Assembly: GCA_965217995.1 (NCBI GenBank)
Contig: CBDCKB010000004.1
Coordinates: 2,123,729-2,187,728, forward strand
Source of the DNA: Rhodobacterales bacterium
GTDB taxonomy: Bacteria > Pseudomonadota > Alphaproteobacteria > Rhodobacterales > CAZPXZ01
Reading direction: 5' to 3'
Length of the DNA stretch: 64,000 nucleotides
This document shows positions 11,102-21,235 of the stretch, in pieces. The notes under the pieces are model-generated. The model was not told the DNA's origin. It searched no databases and saw only the letters and a list, made by a program, of their open reading frames with translations. A program made the position numbers and the translations under genes. The stretch's first letter is position 1; each line of letters opens with the position of its first letter.

Positions 11102-11258
11102 GCAGTTCTTATGCGTGATCCGGAGCGATTCGCAAATTCCCCGGCCGCAGATGCCGGACGAAAAAAGGAATCGGCGTTTGTCAGCACACCGCCATCGCCA
11201 TACCCTGCGCCAATATGCCGGTAGCAACCGACCCTCCGGCCAGCCAGAAGGAGACCCC

Positions 11259-12404
11259 ATGAAGCGGCGGAAATTCTTGATCGGCAGCGCGACCGGTGCA
11301 GCCGCAGGAACCGGTGCCGCGGCGGCATTCCTGTCCGGCCGCGGACCGAAAATCACCGGGGCGGTGCAGGAAGAACTGTATTCGCCGGCGGTCGCGCAGG
11401 AGCGCATCGAGTTCACCATGGTGTCGACATGGCCGCGGGACTTCCCCGGGGTTGGCACCGGTGCCCAGCGCTTCGCCCAGCGGATCACGGATATGACCGA
11501 AGGCCGGATCCAGGTGGAATATTTTGCGGCCGGCGAGCGGGTCGGAGCGTTCGACTCCTTTGACGAGGTCTCCTCGGGCAACGCCCAGGCCTACCATGCC
11601 GCCGACTACTACTGGAAGGGCAAGCATGCGAGCTGGGCCTATTTCACCACGGTGCCGTTCGGCCTGACCTACACCGAGATGAACGCCTGGATCCGTTTCG
11701 GTGGCGGCCAGGAACTGTGGGACGAGCTGGGGAGCGATTTCGGCATCAAGGGACTGATGTGCGGCAATACCAGCGTGCAGATGGGCGGCTGGTTCAACAA
11801 GGAAATCAACAGTGCCGAGGATCTGCAGGGGCTGAAGATGCGCATCCCGGGTCTGGGCGGTGATGTGATGGCCAAACTCGGCGCCTCGCCGGTCTCCCTC
11901 CCCGGCGGCCAGATCTACGAGAACCTGGTTTCCGGTGCCATCGACGCCGCCGAGTGGGTCGGGCCGTGGAATGACCAGGTCATGAAGTTCTACGAGGCGG
12001 CCAAGTATTACTACTACCCGGGCATGCACGAACCCGGAGGCATGCTTGCGGTCGGCCTCAACGACTCGTTCTGGAACAATCTCAGCAAATCCGACCAGCT
12101 CATCATCGAAGCCGCCTCCTCCATGGAGAACGACGTGATGATGGCGGAATACAACGCCAAGAACGGTGCCGCGCTGACAACCCTGATCCGGGATCAGGGA
12201 GTCCGGCTCCGGGAGTTCAACGACGACGTCTACGATGCCTTCGGCGAAGCCGCCGTCGAAGTGTTCGAAACGGTCCGCGTCCACAGCGACCTGGCACGCA
12301 GGGTCCACGAAAGTTTCCTCAAGGCGCGCAGGGAGATCGGCGGCTGGACGAACATTTCCGACCAGGCCTATGTCGCACAGCGCAACCGCGTCCTCGGCCT
12401 GTAG
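11259..12404 (+). CDS. TRAP transporter substrate-binding protein (COG4663-like), Tat signal
   Basis: MKRRKFLIGSATGAAAG.. twin-arginine leader; RBS GGAGA upstream; ..MVSTWPRDFPG.. Confidence 0.9.
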   Translation: MKRRKFLIGSATGAAAGTGAAAAFLSGRGPKITGAVQEELYSPAVAQERIEFTMVSTWPRDFPGVGTGAQRFAQRITDMTEGRIQVEYFAAGERVGAFDSFDEVSSGNAQAYHAADYYWKGKHASWAYFTTVPFGLTYTEMNAWIRFGGGQELWDELGSDFGIKGLMCGNTSVQMGGWFNKEINSAEDLQGLKMRIPGLGGDVMAKLGASPVSLPGGQIYENLVSGAIDAAEWVGPWNDQVMKFYEAAKYYYYPGMHEPGGMLAVGLNDSFWNNLSKSDQLIIEAASSMENDVMMAEYNAKNGAALTTLIRDQGVRLREFNDDVYDAFGEAAVEVFETVRVHSDLARRVHESFLKARREIGGWTNISDQAYVAQRNRVLGL

Positions 12405-12420
12405 GCCCGGCAGACCGTAG

Positions 12421-12654
12421 ACGGGTCGTCCGCCCGCTCGATTTCCCGGATCCGCCCCTCAAGCCCCTCGCGGGCCGGGCTTCGACCTCGTCTTCGGCAA
12501 GGCCGCCCCGGTATCTCCGCAGGGGAGGAGAAACAGCCTTCGGGCGGGTGGCCTCCACGGGCACGGTCCGCTCCCCGCCTGTGCCCTGCCGGTGGATCCC
12601 GACATAGGGGAAAGTCGCAAGATCCTTGAGCCGCGCGCCCGCCACCGCCCGCAA
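12421..12654 (-). pseudogene. decayed, internally deleted relic of the dnaE 5' coding region
   Basis: Blocks align by eye to dnaE 10157-10258, ~10365-10400 and ~10550-10640. They are followed from ~12655 by a copy of the dnaE/SBP intergenic region. Confidence 0.65.
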
Positions 12655-12798
12655 ATGCCTGATCCGGAGCGATTCGCAAATCCCCCGCACAGATGCAGGA
12701 CGGAAGAATCGGCGTTTGCCAAAACGCCCCGACCGCAATATCCTGCGCGGATATGCCGGTCACAAACCGGCCATCCAAACAATTGGGAGGAAACACTC

Positions 12799-13944
12799 AT
12801 GAAGCGTCGGGAATTCTTGAAAGGCGGTGCAACCGGTGCAGCCGTAGGAGCAGGCGCCGCGGCAGCACTCTTGTCCGGCCGCGGGCAGAAAATCGCTGGG
12901 GCTGTGCAGGAAGAGCTGTATTCGCCGGCGGTCGCGCAGGAGCGCATCGACGTCACCATGGTGTCGACATGGCCGCGGGACTTCCCAGGGCTGGGCACCG
13001 GTGCCCAGCGCTTCGCCCAGCGGATCTCGGATATGAGCGAAGGCCGGATCCAGGTGGAATATTTCTCGGCCGGCGAGCGGGTCGGAGCGTTCGACTCCTT
13101 TGACGAGGTCTCCTCGGGCAACGCCCAGATCTATCATGCCGCCGAATATTACTGGAAGGGCAAGCATCCGGGCTGGGCCTATTTCACCGCGGTGCCGTTC
13201 GGTCTGACCTACACCGAGCTGAACGCCTGGGTCCGCTTCGGCGGCGGCCAGGAACTGTGGGACGAGCTGGGGAACGAATTCGGCCTCAAGGCACTGATGT
13301 GCGGCAATACCGGCGTACAGATGGGCGGCTGGTTCAACAAGGAAATCAACAGTGCCGACGATCTGAAGGGGCTGAAGATGCGCATCCCGGGTCTGGGCGG
13401 TGATGTGATGGCCAAACTCGGCGCCTCGCCGGTCTCCCTCCCCGGCGGCCAGATCTACGAGAACCTGGTTTCCGGTGCCATCGATGCCACCGAGTGGGTC
13501 GGGCCGTGGAATGACCAGGTCATGAAGTTCTACGAGGCGGCCAAGTATTACTACTACCCGGGCATGCACGAACCCGGAGCCATGCTTGCGGCCGGCATCA
13601 ACGGCTCGTTCTGGAACAATCTCAGCAAATCCGACCAGCTCATCATCGAAGCCGCCTCCTCCATGGAGAACGACGTGATGATGGCGGAATACAACGCCAA
13701 GAACGGTGCCGCGCTGGCATCCCTGATCCGGGATCAGGGAGTCCAGCTCCGGGAGTTCAACGACGACGTCTACGACGCCTTCGGCGAAGCCGCGGTCGAG
13801 GTGTTCGAAACTGTCAGCGACCACAGCGACCTGGCAAGCAGGATCCACGAAAGTTTCCTCAAGGCGCGCGTGGAGATCGGTGGCTGGACGAACATTTCCG
13901 ACCAGGCCTACGTCGCACAGCGCAACCGCGTCCTCGGCCTGTAG
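12799..13944 (+). CDS. TRAP transporter substrate-binding protein, paralog 2
   Basis: MKRREFLKGGATGAAVG..; roughly nine-tenths identical to 11259..12404 by eye. Confidence 0.9.
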   Translation: MKRREFLKGGATGAAVGAGAAAALLSGRGQKIAGAVQEELYSPAVAQERIDVTMVSTWPRDFPGLGTGAQRFAQRISDMSEGRIQVEYFSAGERVGAFDSFDEVSSGNAQIYHAAEYYWKGKHPGWAYFTAVPFGLTYTELNAWVRFGGGQELWDELGNEFGLKALMCGNTGVQMGGWFNKEINSADDLKGLKMRIPGLGGDVMAKLGASPVSLPGGQIYENLVSGAIDATEWVGPWNDQVMKFYEAAKYYYYPGMHEPGAMLAAGINGSFWNNLSKSDQLIIEAASSMENDVMMAEYNAKNGAALASLIRDQGVQLREFNDDVYDAFGEAAVEVFETVSDHSDLASRIHESFLKARVEIGGWTNISDQAYVAQRNRVLGL

Positions 13945-13964
13945 GCCCGGCGCGGCGGACCGTA

Positions 13965-13994
13965 GCGGGCGGAGCCGGGGCTGGCTCCGCCCGC
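13965..13994 (+). promoter_or_regulatory. perfect 12-bp GC stem-loop between the SBP gene and dctQ
   Basis: gcgggcggagcc-ggggct-ggctccgcccgc; no T-tract follows. Confidence 0.4.
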
Positions 13995-14023
13995 AATCCG
14001 GTAGCTGAATCCAGACCGGCCCC

Positions 14024-15019
14024 ATGATTCGCGAGGCAGCGCCCCAGCCGGCCGATCTCCGGGGGGCCGCCCTCCGTGCGCTCGCTCTCTCGGTGGTCGC
14101 CCTGGCGGTCGCCTTCCTTGCCGACAGCTACCTGACCCTCGCCCAGGGCTGGCCGGGGGCGAGGGGCCTCCTCACCGGAGGCCCGGCCCTCGCCTGGGTC
14201 CAGGCGGCCCTGTATCCGGGACTGGTCGCCGTGGCCCTCGCCTGGATCTGGCGGACCTCTGACGCACCGCTCCGCCGGGATGCCGATCTGCTGTCCGGGC
14301 TGGTAACCTTCCTCATCCGGGCCGCCTTCTGGAGCGTCCTCATCGTCGGCGTCGCCGACATGCTGCTTTCCTTCCTCCGGGTCGAAGACTTCCTGTCCCT
14401 CTTCGTCGGCGAGGAGGCCACCAAGCTGATCGGCGTCCCGCGCTGGCGCGGAACCTTCATCCACATGCCGCTGATGCTGCTCGCGATCCTGATCGCGCTG
14501 CGCTGGCGGGGCCTCGGATTCATCTGGCTGGCGGCCCTCGTGGTGGTGGCCGAACTGTTCATCGTCCTGGCCCGTTTCATCTTCTCCTACGAGCAGGCCT
14601 TCATGGGCGATCTGGTGCGGTTCTGGTATGCCGCACTGTTCCTTTTTGCGAGCGCCCAGACCCTGGTCGAAGACGGACATGTGCGGGTCGATGTGCTCTA
14701 TGCGGGCTTTTCCGGGCGCGCCAAGGCGCGGACCAATCTCTTCGGCGCCGCCCTGCTCGGCATCCCGCTCTGCTGGACCGTCCTGATCCTCGGCCTGCGC
14801 AACAAGGCGGCCATCATCGCCAGTCCGATCCTCGCCTTCGAAACCACGCAGAGCGGATTCGGCCTGTATGTCAAATACATGATGGCAGGCTTCCTCGGCG
14901 TTTTTGCCGTCACGATGCTGATCCAGTTCACCGCCAGCCTCCTTTCCGCCGGGGCCGATCTCCTCGGCGAGCCGGGCGGGCGGAAACCGGACGAATCCGC
15001 GTCGATGCCTCCGGTGTAG
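14024..15019 (+). CDS. TRAP transporter small permease (DctQ-like) with extended N-terminal membrane region
   Basis: 331 aa; hydrophobic segments throughout; the C-terminal half resembles DctQ (..DGHVRVDVLY..). Confidence 0.8.
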   Translation: MIREAAPQPADLRGAALRALALSVVALAVAFLADSYLTLAQGWPGARGLLTGGPALAWVQAALYPGLVAVALAWIWRTSDAPLRRDADLLSGLVTFLIRAAFWSVLIVGVADMLLSFLRVEDFLSLFVGEEATKLIGVPRWRGTFIHMPLMLLAILIALRWRGLGFIWLAALVVVAELFIVLARFIFSYEQAFMGDLVRFWYAALFLFASAQTLVEDGHVRVDVLYAGFSGRAKARTNLFGAALLGIPLCWTVLILGLRNKAAIIASPILAFETTQSGFGLYVKYMMAGFLGVFAVTMLIQFTASLLSAGADLLGEPGGRKPDESASMPPV

Positions 15020-15034
15020 CGGAAAGATCCCCGA

Positions 15035-17683
15035 ATGGAGCTGCTGTTCGTCGCGATTCTGGTCCTGGTGATGGCCGGGGCATTGACGGCCGGCTATCCG
15101 GTGGCCTTCGCCCTGCCGGGGGCGGCGATCCTCACCATCGCTCTCGCCTCTCTCACCGGCCTGATCTTCGAGAACGACGTTTCGGCGTATTTCTACCAGG
15201 GCGGCCCCGTGCAATGGCTGAGCGCGGGGGTGACGAATTTCCGCGGCGTCTACTGGGAGGTCGAACGGGACACCCTGATCGCCATCCCGCTGTTCATCTT
15301 CATGGGCATCATGCTGCAGCGCTCGAAAATCGCCGAGGACCTGCTGGTGACCATGGCCCAGCTCTTCGGCCCGGTGCCGGGCGGACTCGGCATCTCGGTG
15401 GTGCTGGTCGGCGCCCTGCTGGCCGCGACCACCGGCATCATCGGTGCCACCGTGGTCGCGATGGGGCTGATCTCGCTGCCCGCCATGCTGCGCAACAACT
15501 ACTCCCACTCGCTGGCCACCGGCACGATCTGCGCCTCGGGCACGCTCGGGCAGATCATTCCGCCTTCGATCGTGCTGATCATCCTCGCCGACCAGCTCGC
15601 CACCGCCACGGACCAGGCCAGCACACTGCGCAAGGCGGAGTACAAGCACGGCACCGGCTCGAGCACTCTGCCGAGCGAATTCGATGTCGCCTCGACCAGT
15701 GCCGGCGACATGTTCCTCGGTGCCTTTCTGCCCGGCCTCGTGCTGGTCGGCCTCTATGTCCTCTACATTTTCGTGGCCGCCCGGCTGCGGCCGCACATTG
15801 CCCCGCCGGTGCCGTATGAAGGCTCCATCGACCGCCAGTTCGCCCTGCGCGTGATCCTCGCCCTGGTGCCGCCCCTGACCCTCATCCTTGCCGTTCTCGG
15901 CTCGATCATCCTCGGCATCGCCACCGTCAACCAGGCCGGCGCGATCGGCGCAGCGGGCGCCACCATCATGGCCGGCTACCGCCTCCAGGAGGGCAGATCC
16001 GGTGCCTTCCGGCCGGCGCTGCTGGCCGTCGCCTCGCTGGCCGCGATCCTAGTCCTGATCTCCATCTTCGATCTCAACATCAAGCACATCCGCGACGGCT
16101 TCGATCTGCTCGGCATCCTGCTCGCCGGCGGCGCCACGGCCACGCTGGTGGCGGCCCTCCTGTGGAGTGCCTGGCGGGTCATGCATATCGACGACACGCT
16201 CCGCGGCGTCATGCTGGAGACCGCCAAGACCACCTCGCTGGTGTTCATCATCCTGCTGGGTGCGGCGATGCTGACCGCAGCCTTCCGCGGCTTCGGCGGC
16301 GAGGAGCTGGTGAAGGAATTCCTCACCGGACTTCCGGGCGGCTTCTGGACACAGATCGTCGTCGTGATGGCGGTGATCTTCGTGCTCGGCTTCTTCCTCG
16401 ACTTCATCGAGATCGCCGTCGTGGTGGTCCCGATCATCGCCCCGATCCTGCTCGCCGACCCCTCCGCCAACATCACCGCCGTCTGGCTCGGGGTCATGAT
16501 CGGCGTCAATATCCAGACCTCCTTCCTGACCCCGCCCTTCGGCTTCGCACTGTTCTATCTGCGGGGCGTGGCCTCGAAGGTCGTCCGCACGATCGAGATC
16601 TACCGGGGCGTCGTCCCGTTCATCGTGCTGCAGCTGATCGGCCTCATGATCGTCGGGGCCTATCCCCCGCTGGTCAATTACATCCCCAATCGCGTCAGCC
16701 TGACCGCCGACACCGCGCCGCCGCCGATCAACCCCCGCCTGCAGGCCTGCATCGAGGAGGATCTCTTCGAGATCTATGCCGAACGCGAGGACGAGCTGCG
16801 CAGCCAGATGGAGGCGGCGGGCCGGCTCGATATGACCCCCCTGCCCCCCCGCATCCGTGATTCCTTCCGCATGAGCCTGGACCAGGCCGAAGCCACCTTT
16901 GCACTGGTGCAGACCATCCGGGAGGCGGAGGCCGCGCGGGAAGCCTATGTGCCGGAATACCGCCCGTTGCACCGGCGTGTCCGCCATGCCGAGCGGAAGA
17001 TTCGCCGCCTCGAGCAGGAGGCGCAGAAAACCGAGCAGAGACGTCGGAACCTGGCCCGCGCCGGTCTGCCCGAAACCGGGGAGACGGAAAAACTGGCCGA
17101 GATCAAGGAGAAGCAGAGGGCCCTTGCGGCTACCATCCCGGCCGAATGGGAGGAGGCACGCAGGCGCTATGTCGAACTGGCCGGGACCGTGAAGAAGGCC
17201 CGCACCACCTATCGGCGCAATGTCGACCAGGCCTATGGCACGCTGGTCCTGCTGCAGGCGACCCTGGACTCCGCGGATGAGCTGGCGGCACTCACGGACC
17301 GCCACCGGGAGATGGAGCAGGCGGTACAGATCCGCGATCCGATGGAAGCGGCCGACACCCTGCGCGCCTTCGAGCGCGAGCTGAATACCGTGGCCGAGAC
17401 CAGCGCGATCCGCGGCCTGGTGACCCAGGCGCGACGGCTGCTGACGCGGAAGAGCGACCGCGAGGGTGCCGTGAACCGGCTCCGCGAAGCCGCCGCGCTG
17501 CATGCGGAGGAGGCGGCCTGGCGCTCGGTGGCCGCACAGGTGCTGCGGGACGGTCTCGACCGCTATGAGGAATCCATCCGCAACACCCTCGGCCTGCGCC
17601 AGCAGGACCGCATCGACAGCGGACGCGCCGCCGGTCTGGCGATCTGCCTCGCCCATCACCGCGACATCTCGCTCGATTTCTGA
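15035..17683 (+). CDS. TRAP transporter large permease (DctM-like) fused to a ~330-aa charged C-terminal tail
   Basis: Single uninterrupted 882-aa ORF; the polytopic part runs to ~16680, then an Arg/Glu/Ala-rich non-hydrophobic tail. Confidence 0.85.
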   Translation: MELLFVAILVLVMAGALTAGYPVAFALPGAAILTIALASLTGLIFENDVSAYFYQGGPVQWLSAGVTNFRGVYWEVERDTLIAIPLFIFMGIMLQRSKIAEDLLVTMAQLFGPVPGGLGISVVLVGALLAATTGIIGATVVAMGLISLPAMLRNNYSHSLATGTICASGTLGQIIPPSIVLIILADQLATATDQASTLRKAEYKHGTGSSTLPSEFDVASTSAGDMFLGAFLPGLVLVGLYVLYIFVAARLRPHIAPPVPYEGSIDRQFALRVILALVPPLTLILAVLGSIILGIATVNQAGAIGAAGATIMAGYRLQEGRSGAFRPALLAVASLAAILVLISIFDLNIKHIRDGFDLLGILLAGGATATLVAALLWSAWRVMHIDDTLRGVMLETAKTTSLVFIILLGAAMLTAAFRGFGGEELVKEFLTGLPGGFWTQIVVVMAVIFVLGFFLDFIEIAVVVVPIIAPILLADPSANITAVWLGVMIGVNIQTSFLTPPFGFALFYLRGVASKVVRTIEIYRGVVPFIVLQLIGLMIVGAYPPLVNYIPNRVSLTADTAPPPINPRLQACIEEDLFEIYAEREDELRSQMEAAGRLDMTPLPPRIRDSFRMSLDQAEATFALVQTIREAEAAREAYVPEYRPLHRRVRHAERKIRRLEQEAQKTEQRRRNLARAGLPETGETEKLAEIKEKQRALAATIPAEWEEARRRYVELAGTVKKARTTYRRNVDQAYGTLVLLQATLDSADELAALTDRHREMEQAVQIRDPMEAADTLRAFERELNTVAETSAIRGLVTQARRLLTRKSDREGAVNRLREAAALHAEEAAWRSVAAQVLRDGLDRYEESIRNTLGLRQQDRIDSGRAAGLAICLAHHRDISLDF

Positions 17684-17746
17684 AGGTACCGGCATGCACG
17701 ACGCGCTCCCCCCCGCAGGACGGCTCAATCTCCCCTTCCGGCGGGC

Positions 17747-19060
17747 TTGCTGATGATCCCGCGCTACACCCGGCCGGAGATGGCGGAGCTCTGGTCTCCC
17801 CAGACCCGCTACCGCATCTGGTACGAGATCGAGGCGCATGCCTGCGACGCGCTGGCGGCCTGCGGGGCGATCCCCCAAGAGGCGGCGGAGGCGGTGTGGA
17901 AGGCGAAAGACACCGATTTCGATCTCGCGCGGATCGAGGAGATCGAGGCCGAGACCCGGCACGATGTGATCGCCTTCCTCACCCATCTCGCCGAGATCGT
18001 CGGCCCCCAGTCCCGGTTCGTCCACCAGGGCCTGACCTCCTCGGATGTGCTCGACACCTGCCTGGCGGTACAGCTTTCGCGCGCGGCCGATCTGCTGGAT
18101 GCGGATCTCGCCCGGGTGCTGGCCGCGCTCCGCCGCCGGGCCTTCGAGCACCGGCACACCCCCTGCATCGGACGGTCGCACGGGATCCATGCCGAGCCCA
18201 CCAGTTTCGGCGTCAAACTGGCCCAGGCCCATGCCGAAATGGAACGCGGAAGGCGGCGGTTGCGGCAGGCCCGCGAGGAGATCGCCGTCTGCGCCATCTC
18301 CGGTGCGGTGGGCATCTATGCCACCCTCGACCCGTCGGTCGAGATCCATGTCGCCCAGCGCCTCGGCCTGAAACCGGAGACGGTCTCGACCCAGGTGGTG
18401 CCGCGCGACCGGCATGCGGCGTTCTTCTGCACGCTGGCGGTGATCGCCTCCTCCATCGAGCGGATTGCGACCGAGATCCGGCATCTGCAGCGGACCGAGG
18501 TCGGCGAGGTCGAGGAACGGTTCGCCCCGGGGCAGAAGGGCTCCAGTGCCATGCCGCACAAGCGCAACCCGGTGCTGAGCGAAAACCTGGTCGGCCTCGC
18601 CCGGCTGGTGCGGATGGCCGCGGCCCCGGCGCTGGAGAATGTCGCCCTCTGGCACGAGCGTGACATCACGCACTCCTCGGTCGAGCGCGGCATCGCGCCG
18701 GATGCCACCGCGACCCTGGATTTCGCGCTGATCCGTCTTGCGGAGGTGATCGAGGATCTGCAGGTGCGGCCCGAGGCCATGGCCCGCAATCTCGACCGGC
18801 TCGGCGGTGCCGTCTATTCGGAGCGCGTCCTGCTGCTGCTGACCCAGAAAGGCCTGGCCCGCGAGGAGGCCTACCGGATCGTGCAGGCGGCCGCGATGCG
18901 GACCCTGCAGGAGGGAGTTCCCCTCATCGAGATTCTGCGCGAAGTGCCGGAAATCCGGGAACGGATCCCGCCGGACGAACTCGAGCCGCTATTCGATCCG
19001 GCCCACGCGCTGCGCCATGTCGATGCGATCTTCGCGCGGGTCTTCGGGGAAGAGTCCTAG
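17747..19060 (+). CDS. purB: adenylosuccinate lyase
   Basis: MIPRYTRPEM..; GQKGSSAMPHKRNP signature. Confidence 0.95.
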   Translation: MLMIPRYTRPEMAELWSPQTRYRIWYEIEAHACDALAACGAIPQEAAEAVWKAKDTDFDLARIEEIEAETRHDVIAFLTHLAEIVGPQSRFVHQGLTSSDVLDTCLAVQLSRAADLLDADLARVLAALRRRAFEHRHTPCIGRSHGIHAEPTSFGVKLAQAHAEMERGRRRLRQAREEIAVCAISGAVGIYATLDPSVEIHVAQRLGLKPETVSTQVVPRDRHAAFFCTLAVIASSIERIATEIRHLQRTEVGEVEERFAPGQKGSSAMPHKRNPVLSENLVGLARLVRMAAAPALENVALWHERDITHSSVERGIAPDATATLDFALIRLAEVIEDLQVRPEAMARNLDRLGGAVYSERVLLLLTQKGLAREEAYRIVQAAAMRTLQEGVPLIEILREVPEIRERIPPDELEPLFDPAHALRHVDAIFARVFGEES

Positions 19061-19383
19061 CCGGCTTCCTTCAGCACCTGCACCTGCGCCTCGCGCAGAC
19101 AGGCAACCAGCTGCTCGCGCAGTTCCTTCTCCGGGATGGCAACCCCCCTGGCCTCCAGATCCGGCTGCACATGCGCGAGGATGTCATCATCCCCCTCCTC
19201 CCGGAGGCTGCTGACGACCACCTCTCCGGCATAGGTCGCGGCGGTCTCTCCCTCCATCCCGAGACGCTCGGCGATCCAGAGTCCGAACAGTTTGGCGTGG
19301 CGGGCATCGGCCTTGAAGCGCAACGTCTCGTCCAGCGCAAACTTCTTTTCGAACAAATCTGTTCGGTCATCAAATGTGGTCAC
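19057..19383 (-). CDS. DUF1476 protein (F1-ATPase inhibitor zeta-subunit-like), GTG start
   Basis: [28 protein letters not shown].. closely parallels the Paracoccus zeta subunit N-terminus. Confidence 0.75.
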   Translation of the reverse strand: MTTFDDRTDLFEKKFALDETLRFKADARHAKLFGLWIAERLGMEGETAATYAGEVVVSSLREEGDDDILAHVQPDLEARGVAIPEKELREQLVACLREAQVQVLKEAG

Positions 19384-19481
19384 TTCGGCCCTCCCGGCGG
19401 TCTTCGCTTGCAGTGTGCTACGATGCGAATTATACACTTCTATGCAGTGCCGCACAGGCACCCCCCGAACAGGAGAGTGCT

Positions 19482-20258
19482 ATGGCCCGCCGCCGGATGG
19501 TTTACGAAGGCAAGGCCAAAATCCTTTACGAGGGACCGGAGGCCGGAACCCTTGTGCAGTATTTCAAGGACGACGCCACCGCATTCAACGGGAAGAAGCA
19601 CAAGATCCTCGACGGCAAGGGGGTGCTGAACAACCGCATCTGCGAGCATATCATGGAGAGTCTGAACAGTGTCAGCGTGCCGACCCACTTCATCCGTCGG
19701 CTGAACATGCGCGAGCAGCTCGTCCGGGCGGTCGAGATCATCCCCCTGGAAATGGTGGTGCGCAACGTCGCCGCGGGTTCCTTCTGCAAGCGCTTCGGCC
19801 TCGAGGAGGGCAAGCCGCTGCCGCGCCCGGTGGCCGAGTTCTACCTCAAGGATGACAAGCTCGGCGACCCGCTGGTCAACGAGGACCACATCCTCTCCTT
19901 CGGCTGGGCCACCCATCACGAGATCGAGGACATGCTCACCCTGGCCGTCCGGATCAATGATTTCCTCACCGGCCTGTTTCTTGGCTCCGGCATCCGGCTG
20001 GTGGATTTCAAGATCGAATGCGGACGGGAGTGGAAGAACGACATGGAACGGGTGATCGTCGCCGACGAAATCAGCCCGGACACCTGCCGGCTGTGGGATC
20101 TGACGAGCGACCGGCGGCTGGACAAGGATGTGTTCCGCAATGATCTGGGCGACCTGATCGATGCCTATTCGGAGGTCGCGCGACGGCTCGGCATCATCCG
20201 CGACAATGATGTCAGCGAAATCACCGGGCCCCAGATCGTCCACCGGGCGATGCACTGA
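19482..20258 (+). CDS. purC: phosphoribosylaminoimidazole-succinocarboxamide synthase
   Basis: [20 protein letters not shown].. inside ORF 19374..20258. Confidence 0.95.
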   Translation: MARRRMVYEGKAKILYEGPEAGTLVQYFKDDATAFNGKKHKILDGKGVLNNRICEHIMESLNSVSVPTHFIRRLNMREQLVRAVEIIPLEMVVRNVAAGSFCKRFGLEEGKPLPRPVAEFYLKDDKLGDPLVNEDHILSFGWATHHEIEDMLTLAVRINDFLTGLFLGSGIRLVDFKIECGREWKNDMERVIVADEISPDTCRLWDLTSDRRLDKDVFRNDLGDLIDAYSEVARRLGIIRDNDVSEITGPQIVHRAMH

Positions 20259-20269
20259 GCCCGTCCCGC

Positions 20270-20512
20270 ATGCGTGCGACCATCCGGATCATGCCGAAGG
20301 CCGGCGTCCACGACCCGCAGGGGGAGGCGATCCGCCGGGCCCTGGGCGAGCTCGGCTACGGGGAGGCCCGCGAGGTGCGCCAGGGCAAGCTCCTGACCTT
20401 CGAATTCGACGCCCCGGACGCCGGCAAGGCGCGGGCGCGGGTCGAGGAAATGTGCGCACAGCTCCTCGCCAACCCGATCATCGAGGATTACGAGATCGAC
20501 GTGACCTCATGA
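20270..20512 (+). CDS. purS: phosphoribosylformylglycinamidine synthase subunit PurS
   Basis: 80 aa; ..MPKAGVHDPQGEAI.. Confidence 0.9.
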   Translation: MRATIRIMPKAGVHDPQGEAIRRALGELGYGEAREVRQGKLLTFEFDAPDAGKARARVEEMCAQLLANPIIEDYEIDVTS

Positions 20513-20536
20513 CCCCGTCCCGCCACCACTAGGGCG

Positions 20537-21232
20537 ATGCGCACCGCCATCGTGATCTTCCCCGGCTCGAATTGCGACCGGGATCTCGAAATCGCACTCC
20601 ACCGGGCTGTCGGCCGGCCGCCGGTCCGGATCTGGCATGCGGAGAGCGAACTGCCGCCCGGCACCGATCTGGTCGCGGTCCCGGGCGGGTTCTCCTTCGG
20701 GGACTATCTGCGCAGCGGGGCCATCGCCGCCCGGTCGCCTGCGATGCGGGCGGTGCGGGAATTCGCCGCCCGGGGCGGCCTCGTGCTCGGGCTCTGCAAC
20801 GGCTTCCAGATCCTTGCCGAGATCGGCCTCCTGCCCGGTGCCTTCCTGCGCAATGCCAGTCTGAAATTCATCTGCCGCGATATCTGGCTCCGGGTCGAGT
20901 CCACCGATTCCCCCTTCACCCGCGGCTACCAGCCGGCGCAGGTCCTGCGCATCCCGATCTCGCATGCCGACGGTGCCTACACCCTGTCGGCAGACGGGCT
21001 GCACGCCCTCACCGAAGAGGGCCGGATCGCCTTCCGCTATGTCGCCTCCCCGGAGGGAACCGGAAACCATGCCGCCAACCCGAATGGCTCGGTCGGGGAT
21101 ATCGCCGGGATTTTCTCTCCCGACCGGCGCGTGCTCGGGATGATGCCGCATCCGGAGCGGGCGGTGGATCCGGTGCTCGGCAACACCGACGGAGCCGCGC
21201 TGTTCGCCGCCCTGGCCGGGGCTCGGGGCTGA
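20537..21232 (+). CDS. purQ: phosphoribosylformylglycinamidine synthase subunit PurQ
   Basis: [34 protein letters not shown]. Confidence 0.95.
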   Translation: MRTAIVIFPGSNCDRDLEIALHRAVGRPPVRIWHAESELPPGTDLVAVPGGFSFGDYLRSGAIAARSPAMRAVREFAARGGLVLGLCNGFQILAEIGLLPGAFLRNASLKFICRDIWLRVESTDSPFTRGYQPAQVLRIPISHADGAYTLSADGLHALTEEGRIAFRYVASPEGTGNHAANPNGSVGDIAGIFSPDRRVLGMMPHPERAVDPVLGNTDGAALFAALAGARG

Positions 21233-21235
21233 ACG

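Larger units (their letters stand above)
11102..13964. repeat. tandem segmental duplication (promoter + TRAP SBP gene, two units)
   Basis: Unit 2 repeats the upstream leader (gatccggagcgattcgcaaat..ggaatcggcgtttg..atatgccggt) and the whole SBP gene. Confidence 0.85.

Noticed and set aside
11102-11258. Conserved leader motif gattcgcaaat(t/c)c upstream of both SBP genes, as a possible regulator site.
   Set aside because: It is only conserved because the two copies are recent duplicates, and the palindromic character is weak (GATT..AATC).
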